From Myxococcota bacterium (lineage in GTDB: Bacteria; Myxococcota_A; Polyangia; Nannocystales; Nannocystaceae), in the NCBI GenBank assembly GCA_039194325.1, contig JBCCWC010000001.1:32001-96000 (forward strand): 64,000 nucleotides of DNA. Reading direction: 5' to 3'. The translations under genes and the position numbers were made by a program. This document shows, in pieces, positions 31,933 through 39,852 of this stretch; positions within the stretch are counted from its first letter, which is position 1; each line of letters begins with the position of its first letter. Below the pieces are notes generated by a model. That model had not been told where the DNA came from. It did not search any database and saw only the letters and a program-made list of their open reading frames with translations.

Positions 31933-33162
31933 TTGAGCGAACGAAAGAGAAAACGAAGGATGGCGCGCCGGATGGCGCGTCGGTCTGCCGCCCAGAGCGG
32001 CGAGGTATCCAGTCGTGTCCGGAAGGCGCAGCAGCGCCAGCAGGACGACGCCATGATCGCGTCGGCGCTGCACAAGCTCCAGTCCACGGCGCCGAGGCCG
32101 GCCGCCTATGCGCTACCCAAGGCGCTTGAGCATGCGCTGCGCTGCCACGCGCCCAGGCTGCTGGATCCGCACTACGCCGCCGCGGTGGCCACCCTCGGCG
32201 AGCACCCGTGGGTTCGGGACATCGTCGACTGGCGACCTCGCGGCAAGAGCCCGCGGACGAAGCTCGAGGGCCTGCTGCGGCACCTGCTGGTGCGCTACGA
32301 CATGCCCACGTTCATGTTCCGCGTGTTTTCGATCGAGGACGAGCGCCTACGGCGGATGGGTATCGAGCTGTTCGTGCACCTGGGCCAGGGCGGCAGCCTG
32401 TTTCGCCTGGTCAAGGAGGGCCGGTTCCCCGTGCCGCTGACCCGGCGGATGTGCCACCTGTTCATGCAGTCCCCGGCGCAGCTGAGCCTGCTCGAGGCCA
32501 TCCGTCGCGCCCAGGTGACCGCGCTGGGTGGGGTGTATCGCGTGGCCACCACCATCCTCGCCACGCGTCAGCTGGGGCAGGGCCTCACCGACGACGAGGC
32601 GTTCTGGGCCGGCGTGATCCACTGGACCTGCAACCAGGAGGACATCCCTCCGGGTCAGCTCGGGCCCGTCTACGATTGGATCGCCCGGCGGCGCCAGGCG
32701 GATCCCAAATTCTCCATGAAGGGTCGAACGGGCGGCTCGGTACAGCAGGCCATGATGCAGTGGCACGGGTTGCTCGCCCACGAGGATGGTGGGCGCGACA
32801 AGCTCCTGCCCGCTTCGGGGTTCGCAGGCTGGCACCACGAGCGGGTGGGCAAGCATGATCGCCTCGAGCGATATTCGATCACCGAGATCCGCAACACCCA
32901 AGATCTGGCCCAGGAGGGGAAGGCGCTGCGACACTGCGTGTTCACTTATATTACGGCGGTGCGTCATGGCCTCACCTCGATCTGGTCCTACAAGGTCAAC
33001 GGCCGGCGCAAGCTGACCGTGGAAGTCGACCACCGAGGCCAAAAAGTGGTGCAGTGCCGTGGCAAGGCCAACCGGCTACCCTCTCGTGCCGAGCTGGTCC
33101 GGGTCGAGTGTTTCGCGGCGAGCAATGGACTGACTCTGCACCCGATGCTACCGGTCGAGTGA
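31933..33162 (+). CDS. PcfJ-domain protein
   Basis: L.RHL..RY.MP.FM, FSMKGRT......WH and EI....DL.QEG.ALRHCV..Y...V..G..SIWS...LTVEV......VVQCRGKANR motifs; TTG start with GGGAG SD. Confidence 0.88.
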   Translation: MSERKRKRRMARRMARRSAAQSGEVSSRVRKAQQRQQDDAMIASALHKLQSTAPRPAAYALPKALEHALRCHAPRLLDPHYAAAVATLGEHPWVRDIVDWRPRGKSPRTKLEGLLRHLLVRYDMPTFMFRVFSIEDERLRRMGIELFVHLGQGGSLFRLVKEGRFPVPLTRRMCHLFMQSPAQLSLLEAIRRAQVTALGGVYRVATTILATRQLGQGLTDDEAFWAGVIHWTCNQEDIPPGQLGPVYDWIARRRQADPKFSMKGRTGGSVQQAMMQWHGLLAHEDGGRDKLLPASGFAGWHHERVGKHDRLERYSITEIRNTQDLAQEGKALRHCVFTYITAVRHGLTSIWSYKVNGRRKLTVEVDHRGQKVVQCRGKANRLPSRAELVRVECFAASNGLTLHPMLPVE

Positions 33163-33609
33163 TGGCGAGGGTCGAGTCTTACTGGCCGTAGCCGTGCGGG
33201 GGCTGGCCGTGCTGGGGGGGGGTGCTGTCCAGGCTGGCCATATTGAGGCTGCTACTTCAGAGCATGGATCAGTTCCGAGTCGAACTCTCGAAGGTGCGAC
33301 TCCACGCAAGGGTTGATTGCAGATTGCAGTGGCGCCGCGTGAGCACCTCTTGGCCGCGCTCGTGCGGTTGCTCAGTAGCTTGGTATATAGTCCGAGACAG
33401 GCGCCTTGGCGAATACAACTGGGTACCGGTCACGACGACCACCGCCATAAGCGATTGGTCGGATTCCTACTCACGAGTCGCTGGTCGCTTCGGACTTGGT
33501 GCGCCGAGGGGGCGTGGGAACTCCATCGGCTCGACGCGAAGCGCGACCGCCAGTTTGGTGAGCGTATCGGTGGTGGCTGTTCGCTCACCTGCGAGGACGG
33601 ATCTAGCTT

Positions 33610-33910
33610 CGCGTCCTCGGTCCGCCAGCTATCCGACGTTGTGGAAGATGGAACCCAGGGGATCGCGTGGTTCGCGTCCGCCGACCGGAAAGACGTCGGC
33701 CCGGCTTGGCTCGAGCGCGACGGTCAGCCCCAGTAGCTCTTTCGTGGCTGGTGGGTCGACCGAGACACGGCGGAGATCTACGCACGCGACTACGGTCACG
33801 ATTTCCGCTGCGAGGATGAGGAGCCGCTTTCGGATGGACACGACGAGCTCGGCGAGCGCGTTCTGGGCAGTGACCCTGAACACAACGAGCTCGACGGCTA
33901 CAGCTGGTGA
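33610..33910 (+). pseudogene. Trp/acid-rich gene remnant with in-frame TAG
   Basis: ...WLERDGQPQ*LFRGWWVDRDTAEIYARDYGHDF...; partly duplicated at 29490-29630 on the opposite strand. Confidence 0.5.
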
Positions 33911-33923
33911 TGATGGAAGGTGG

Positions 33924-34373
33924 ATGAAGGTGAGCCCTCAAGACGTCTTTCGGTCCTCCGAGGGCTCGCCGGTCCAGCTAGCCAGCCTCGCGTCGATGAC
34001 CATCGACGGCTGTTTCAGCATCTACGAGGGCGTCTAGATCGCCGCAGAGCCCGACGAGTGGGGCGGCTACAACCTGCACGCCGAGAGCCATGGTCGCGCA
34101 TGGTTCGTCAGCGTGCCGACGAGGGCCATGGCCCGGGCGATGTTCGCCTCGTTCGTGCAGAACGAGCACCGGGGTTGGGTCACGTTCGACGACGACGACC
34201 CGACGAACCGGGCTAGCTTCACCGCTGGCCCGGGTCCGCCGACCCTTGGGACGTACGTGTGGGTGAGGGACGATGGCGTTCACGGCTGGTTTGATGCGGA
34301 CGACGACCGTCCATGGTCGATGCTCGACGGCTGTGCGTGGCCAGCTTCGACGGGCGCCAAGTACCGTGCATGA
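33924..34373 (+). pseudogene. Hypothetical gene interrupted by in-frame TAG (34035-34037)
   Basis: MKVSPQDVF...YEGV*IAAEPDEWGGY... continues in frame into ORF 34113-34373. Confidence 0.45.
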
Positions 34374-34599
34374 GTTTCGATGTCTACCGGACCGACATTG
34401 AGCACAGTGGTCCCGACTACCTCGTCGGGGCACTTGAATTTCGATACGAGTAGTAGCGCGACAGCGTAGCGGAAGCGGGAAAATGCAAAGCCAAGTCGTT
34501 TGTCGATAATGGGAGCTCTGATGGGACCATGTAAAACTGCACGTTTGAGCAGTTACATACATCAAGATTCGTATTATCATCTCGCACGGCCAAACGGGA

Positions 34600-36225
34600 A
34601 TGAGCTACGAAAAAATCCACGAAGAAACGGCGCGCAATCTCGTTGATGAGGAGGTCGTTGGCACATTCATCTCCCTAGCATCCGATTTACGAGATAGCCT
34701 GAAAGACCCAGAGGTTTTTTCACCTATACAAGCAGAAGATATTGTCTCGAATGAAGAGGGAGACATTGTTCTTGATATCGACCAGTTTGAAGTGCCATGT
34801 ATATATTCTGGTCCTCCTCGTGAAGAACAAATTCGTGCTAAATTGCCCAGAGGGTTTCAGGGGGAACTTGGAGAACTTAGGACAATTACCAGGGCCGCAC
34901 TGACAGTTGACACTTTTCTTTACGGCAGTCTAAGAGTGAGCTTTTGCCGTAGCGCAAGCGGAGTAGCGCTGTCCTTCTGCTCATCGCGTATATGGGAAGC
35001 TCGACAGGCTGTAAGTAAGAGCAAGCAAGAGAAGAGTGATGCCGATCGCGCCCTCAAGCAGCAGCAAGGTGCTGCTGTGCATCGGCAGGGTCGGCAGAAT
35101 CCGCAAGCACTACAGGAGGCACAGGCGACTGAGAACAGATGCAAGATCGCGGCAAACAAGCTTGTAAAAGCTACCGATGATCTGAATACTGCTCGAAAGC
35201 GTATAGTTCCTTATGTGCGAGCACTGATCTCTTTAATGCATAGTCGCGGCCTGATCATATCCGATCCTCCTGGTGGCGACGCACTCGGGGATGGAAATAG
35301 TAACAGTGGCTTGATAGAAGCTCTGCGAGAACAGGTTGCGACGTTTCGTGATACTATAAATACCCAGGCACGAAACAACGAACAACTCCGACAGCGCTTG
35401 CTCGAACAACATAGAGAAGGAATCAAGCGGCTTGAGGAAGATTACGCGGAAAGGCACAAGAATTTCAAGGAAGAGCGAGCAGAGTGGGTATCCACTATCC
35501 AGAAAAGAGTGGAGGAAGATAATCGAAGACTTGAGGATCTGCGTAGGGATCTTGAGTCCCGTGAGAGATCGCTGGATTTACAGAACGAACGTGAAACGCG
35601 ACGTAATCTACGCGAGAATCTGCAGAATGAAGTAGCGAAGCGGGCAAAGCAGCCCGATCTTTCTTCCCAGGCAAAGGAGAATTTTGAGAAGGTAACACGG
35701 GTTTGCAAGTGGACGATCAGTATTACGACAGTCTTGCTGCTTCTCGTTTCATTCGTGCCAGCAATCCTTGAAGTTACAATGCTGCTGACATATTCTGCAC
35801 AGACAGTGGCGCTTATGTGGTCGATTCGCGTTCTTGCCGGGATACTGTTGGTAGTAGTGCTAATCTATTATATACGTGAACTGTCATCCTGGTCGAAGCA
35901 GGTGAACGTTATCGAACTACGTTCCAAGCAGTTTGCTTTGGATATCAATCGAGCAAGTTGGCTCGTCGAGATGAACCTTGAGTACGAAAAGGAGGGGAAA
36001 GTGCTGCCCGAGAAACTGATAGACAGCTTTGCCCACGGGTTGTTTGAAAGCAACCGGTCGGCAAGTAACCAAGAGCATCCTTCGAGTTCCTTGTTGCACC
36101 TCTTGCGCAATGCGGAATCCCTTAATGTCAAAACGGCGGGTGGAGAACTCTCCATCAGTGGGAAACAAATCCGTAAAGCAGATATCGAAGCAGCCAAAGA
36201 TGATGATTCTGGCTCAGGGGTATGA
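34600..36225 (+). CDS. AT-rich coiled-coil protein with two TM helices
   Basis: Long intact ORF, visibly lower GC than the host; long coiled coil, two hydrophobic helices, C-terminal DINRASWLVE. Confidence 0.85.
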   Translation: MSYEKIHEETARNLVDEEVVGTFISLASDLRDSLKDPEVFSPIQAEDIVSNEEGDIVLDIDQFEVPCIYSGPPREEQIRAKLPRGFQGELGELRTITRAALTVDTFLYGSLRVSFCRSASGVALSFCSSRIWEARQAVSKSKQEKSDADRALKQQQGAAVHRQGRQNPQALQEAQATENRCKIAANKLVKATDDLNTARKRIVPYVRALISLMHSRGLIISDPPGGDALGDGNSNSGLIEALREQVATFRDTINTQARNNEQLRQRLLEQHREGIKRLEEDYAERHKNFKEERAEWVSTIQKRVEEDNRRLEDLRRDLESRERSLDLQNERETRRNLRENLQNEVAKRAKQPDLSSQAKENFEKVTRVCKWTISITTVLLLLVSFVPAILEVTMLLTYSAQTVALMWSIRVLAGILLVVVLIYYIRELSSWSKQVNVIELRSKQFALDINRASWLVEMNLEYEKEGKVLPEKLIDSFAHGLFESNRSASNQEHPSSSLLHLLRNAESLNVKTAGGELSISGKQIRKADIEAAKDDDSGSGV

Positions 36226-36594
36226 GTTCACGGGCATCAGGCATGAGTTCTGACTTTCTCAAGGGTTCCTGGGGCAGGCCAACCCAGCCATGACGACTTA
36301 TGAAACAACCGGAGCCATGGGGAGAGCCAACTCCCCAGGGCTCTGCGCGGGGGAACCGCGAAGGTCAGCACGCGTTCCCCCTGCGCCGCGGGACCCACGG
36401 CCCCACCGGCGGTCGAGCGACCAACGCCAGACGAGATTTCTTCTTGACTTGCCGACGACCGCGCGTCAATCCTGAGGGCACACGGAACAAGCCCGGGCCA
36501 ACGGGCACCCAGAGGTCAGATGAGCCACAACGCACGACCCCCACGGTCGTGCGGCGAAGGCGCAAGCCGAGGGACTCACCGACGAACCCGCTCA

Positions 36595-36622
36595 ATAGAG
36601 CGTCGGTCTACGGAACCGAAAG
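36595..36622 (+). repeat. 28-bp inverted copy of the tRNA-Arg(ACG) anticodon arm (att-like)
   Basis: ATAGAGCGTCGGTCTACGGAACCGAAAG is the exact reverse complement of 36832-36859. Confidence 0.9.
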
Positions 36623-36776
36623 CTGTTCCAAGCTCGGCGATACAGGTCGCAGGTCGCGAGCAATGACCTGGGCGCGCCCCTTCAACAGTCCCCGCAATTG
36701 CACACGAAACCCGAGAACCCTGCTGAGCCGCCGGTCGAATGCTTCGCGATGGCACTCGACCCTCGACGTTAAAGTC

Positions 36777-36798
36777 GAAAGCCCTTCACGGGGCTTTC
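36777..36798 (-). terminator. Intrinsic terminator after tRNA-Arg
   Basis: GAAAGCCC-N6-GGGCTTTC hairpin followed by GACTTT on the minus strand. Confidence 0.75.
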
Positions 36799-36804
36799 GT
36801 CTAG

Positions 36805-36878
<74 letters not shown>

Positions 36879-36953
36879 AGCGGTTGAGCCGCGAGCTTTA
36901 TCAGAGCGCCCCTGCTTCTGCAACCGCCCTCGTTCTCCCGACCACGCGCTCCC

Positions 36954-37676
36954 TCACACCCCCGGCTCTGCCCCAAAGAACAGCACCGCCAGCACATACG
37001 CATTGTTCCCCATGTGCACCGCGATCGCCGCCCACAGCCTGCCGGTCCGCGCCAACACGGCGGCGAACACCACCCCCAGCCACAGGTAGATCACAATCCC
37101 CGCGGGATTACCGTGGATCGCGGCAAACGCCACCGCGCTCAGCCCGTAGGCGAGCTTGGGCCCGCTGAGGGCTCGGACGCGCACGAACAGCAGTCGTCGA
37201 AACAGCCATTCTTCGACCACGGGCGCCATCAGCAGCGCGGAAACCGCCAACACGATCGCCTCGGTCTGCACCCCGCCGCCGCGAGCTTCGTCGGCGATCT
37301 CCAGCACGCTGGTCTGCTCCTTGACGCCTAGGCCGACCAGCTCGAGCAGCAGCCCCAGCACAATGCTGCCGCCCAGCGCCACGACAACCCCCAGCAGCAC
37401 GACCCCGGCGGCTCCCCCGGCGCTCAGCGACGACGGGGGCATGGTCAGATCGGGCTCGGGCTCGTCGTCGTCCCGTGCGGCGGCCGCCCACTGCGGGCCA
37501 ACCCATGCGTAGAACGCCGCGGCGACGGCGGTAATGAGCGGCCCCGCCATCAGGTGGTAGGGGCCGGCATCGAACATCCCCAGCAGGGAACCCACGAGGG
37601 CATAGCCCAGCACGAGCCCAGCGAAGGCCATGCCCACCTCGGCGACGCCCAGCCACAATCGCCGTTTGAGGTCCAT
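36954..37676 (-). CDS. CPBP (Abi/CAAX) family intramembrane glutamic endopeptidase
   Basis: APVVEEWLFR, FAAIH and AIAVHMGNN motifs; multiple TM helices. Confidence 0.92.
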   Translation of the reverse strand: MDLKRRLWLGVAEVGMAFAGLVLGYALVGSLLGMFDAGPYHLMAGPLITAVAAAFYAWVGPQWAAAARDDDEPEPDLTMPPSSLSAGGAAGVVLLGVVVALGGSIVLGLLLELVGLGVKEQTSVLEIADEARGGGVQTEAIVLAVSALLMAPVVEEWLFRRLLFVRVRALSGPKLAYGLSAVAFAAIHGNPAGIVIYLWLGVVFAAVLARTGRLWAAIAVHMGNNAYVLAVLFFGAEPGV

Positions 37677-37909
37677 CTTGGCGACAGCATGCCGGCCCAG
37701 CGCATCGGACTGCAAGACCACACCCGCCCGCGCGCCCACGCCCGCCCGGCCCCCTACCCGCCCGGCCCCCTAAGAGACCGACCCCCGCCGCCCGCTTGCA
37801 CGCCACTACGCGCACCACCCCGCATCCCCCGCTTGCAAGCCGACCCCCACCGGAGTTAACGTCCCGCCCCCAAACAAAAACGCGCCGCCGAGCGCGCCCA
37901 ATCACCTGT

Positions 37910-37996
37910 GGAACGGTGGCCGAGTGGCTGAAGGCACAGGTTTGCTAAATCTGCGTAGGGGAAACTCTACCGAGGGTTCGAATCCCTCCCGTTCCG
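37910..37996 (+). tRNA. tRNA-Ser(GCT)
   Basis: GGAACGGTGGCCGAGTGGCTGAAGGCACAGGTTT-GCT-AAATCTG, long variable arm, GGTTCGAATCC, CCGTTCCG. Confidence 0.97.
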
Positions 37997-38001
37997 CCGC
38001 C

Positions 38002-38039
38002 AGGCCCCCGACCTCACCGTCGGGGGCCTTCGCGTTTTT
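38002..38039 (+). terminator. Intrinsic terminator after tRNA-Ser
   Basis: AGGCCCCCGAC-N6-GTCGGGGGCCT followed by TCGCGTTTTT. Confidence 0.75.
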
Positions 38040-38064
38040 CGCCCCCTGTTATGGTCCCCAGACC

Positions 38065-38850
38065 ATGACGCGCCGCCTGCCCCCTGCTGCCCTCGCCTTC
38101 GCCCTCGGGCTACTGCCCGGCTGCGACTCCGAGGAGGCCAAGCAGACGGCCAAGGAAGCCTCAGACAAGGCGCTCGAGGCATCCAAGGACAAGGCGGCGG
38201 AGCTGGCTCAGAGCGCCAAGACCCTGGGCAAGAAGGCGGCCAACGCCACCAAGGACGCCGCCAACAAGGTAGCCGACACCACCAAGGACGCCGCCGGAAA
38301 GGCGGTCGATGCCTCGACCAAGGCGGTCCACGAGGCGGTCGAAGATGCAACCGAGGCAACCCGCGCCGGGGCCCAAGCGCTGGTCGACGATCTACGCCCC
38401 GACGGAGAGCTCAGCCAGACGGCCCAGGCCTGGCTGGAGAACAAAGCCAAGCAGACGACCGAGACAGACATCGAGACGATCATCGTCGCTGGGGTCCAGC
38501 TGGCCCCGATCGCCCTGGAGGCCAGCCGGGTGCTCGCCGACTCGGTCGATTCCAACACGGTCATCGAGCCGATCTTCCAGAAGATCGACGACGACCCAGC
38601 CAAGATCGACGCGGCGATCGGCAACATGCCGCGGGTCGAAGCCCTCGACGGCGTGACCGTGGGCTTCGAACAAATGGACCAACTCGATGCACGCACCTCG
38701 GTCAAGCAACGCGGCTACCTGGTGATGTGGCGTCACGAACAACACCTAGTCGGCTTCGTATATCGATCGACTCGCACGATCGACATCGACGCACTCGTAG
38801 CGGAGACGCCGCGACTGGTGAAGCTGACCCAGCAAGCCCTCACCAAGTAA
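38065..38850 (+). CDS. Lipoprotein with LEA-like Ala/Lys repeats
   Basis: Lipobox LPGC; 11-mer KA..ATKDAA repeats. Confidence 0.8.
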   Translation: MTRRLPPAALAFALGLLPGCDSEEAKQTAKEASDKALEASKDKAAELAQSAKTLGKKAANATKDAANKVADTTKDAAGKAVDASTKAVHEAVEDATEATRAGAQALVDDLRPDGELSQTAQAWLENKAKQTTETDIETIIVAGVQLAPIALEASRVLADSVDSNTVIEPIFQKIDDDPAKIDAAIGNMPRVEALDGVTVGFEQMDQLDARTSVKQRGYLVMWRHEQHLVGFVYRSTRTIDIDALVAETPRLVKLTQQALTK

Positions 38851-38851
38851 C

Positions 38852-38960
38852 CCCACCGACCAAACCACCGACCAAACCCACCGACCAAACCACCGACCAA
38901 ACCACCGACCAAACCCGACCGCTGGTGCCCCGCCGACCAAACCCAACCGCTGGTGCCCCG
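38852..38960. repeat. 12-13-bp tandem repeat (CCACCGACCAAA)n
   Basis: About 5 copies right after the stop codon, then a duplicated ACCGCTGGTGCCCCGCCGAC. Confidence 0.9.
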
Positions 38961-39076
38961 CCGACACGGCGATCGGCCTCACCGCCGCTACACTCCTCGC
39001 CGATCGAGCTGCAGTTTCACGCTGTTGAGACGGCGTTGCCTTCCTGTCACGCTCGCGGCGACTCGGCCGCCGGTCA

Positions 39077-39193
39077 CGCGACCCGACCGCGACCCGCCGC
39101 GACCCGCCGCGACTCGCCGCGACCCGACCGCGACTCGCCGCAACTCGACCGCGACCTGCCGCGACCCGACCACGACTCGCCGTAACTCGCCGC
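39077..39193. repeat. 10-bp tandem repeat (CCGCGACYCG)n
   Basis: About 11 degenerate copies upstream of the EGSCG gene. Confidence 0.85.
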
Positions 39194-39294
39194 GCTCCGA
39201 GGATCTCGCGCCCCCACCGCCAGAAACCATCGTAGGATGCTCGGCCAGTCCGACAGGACCACCCCACGCAACCCGAAACGGAAAAGAAGCACCC

Positions 39295-39702
39295 ATGGAC
39301 ATCAAGACCATCTCGGCCACCCTCGCGATCCTCGGCAGTGGAATCGTCGTGTCGGCCTGTGACGACGCCAAGAAAGACGCGGCCGAGGTCAAGAAGGACG
39401 ACGGCAAGAAGAAGGCCGAGGCGGCCCAAAAACCCGAAAACAAGCAGCCCGAGGAGAAGAAGCCGACCGACGTCAAGGCAGCCGCCGGCGCAGCCAAGGA
39501 CGCCAAGGGCGAGCACTCGTGCGGCGAGGGCTCCTGCGGCGCCAAGAAGGCCCACGGCAAGAAGGCCGAGGGCTCCTGCGGCGAGGGTTCCTGTGGCGCC
39601 AAGAAGGGCGAGGAGGGCAAGACCGCAGCAGCCAAGGCCGGCAAGGGCGATCCCAAGGCCGCGGCCGCCGAAAAGCCCGCCGAGGGCGAGGACAAGTCCT
39701 AA
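39295..39702 (+). CDS. Lys/Ala-rich lipoprotein with EHSCG/EGSCG repeats (HvfA/oxazolin-like RiPP precursor candidate)
   Basis: Lipobox VSAC; GEHSCGEGSCGAKK and AEGSCGEGSCGAKK. Confidence 0.75.
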   Translation: MDIKTISATLAILGSGIVVSACDDAKKDAAEVKKDDGKKKAEAAQKPENKQPEEKKPTDVKAAAGAAKDAKGEHSCGEGSCGAKKAHGKKAEGSCGEGSCGAKKGEEGKTAAAKAGKGDPKAAAAEKPAEGEDKS

Positions 39703-39852
39703 GTACCCCGCCCAAGACCCGCCCGCGTGCTCACCACGCGAGCCCAATCGAAGCCGCGGTCGCCCTCGTGCCCGCGGCTTCGTCGCGTCGAGCCCAACAC
39801 CCCCCGAAGTCTGCCAGCACCCCCCGAAGTCTGATAATTAGCCCCTGACCCC

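Noticed and set aside
28149..34037. Four in-frame TAG codons in island remnants (28149, 29540, 33734, 34035) suggesting an amber-recoded phage
   Set aside because: Host genes use TAG as a true stop. The same remnants also have deletions and frameshifts. The TAG at 29540 aligns to CGG in its paralog, and TAG is an easy nonsense mutation from CAG, GAG or TGG.
37924..38064. N-terminal extension of the 38065 lipoprotein ORF
   Set aside because: It overlaps tRNA-Ser and its terminator; the signal peptide begins at ATG 38065.
38852..39193. Repeat arrays as a possible CRISPR
   Set aside because: Units are 10-13 bp and contiguous with no unique spacers, and no cas genes are present.
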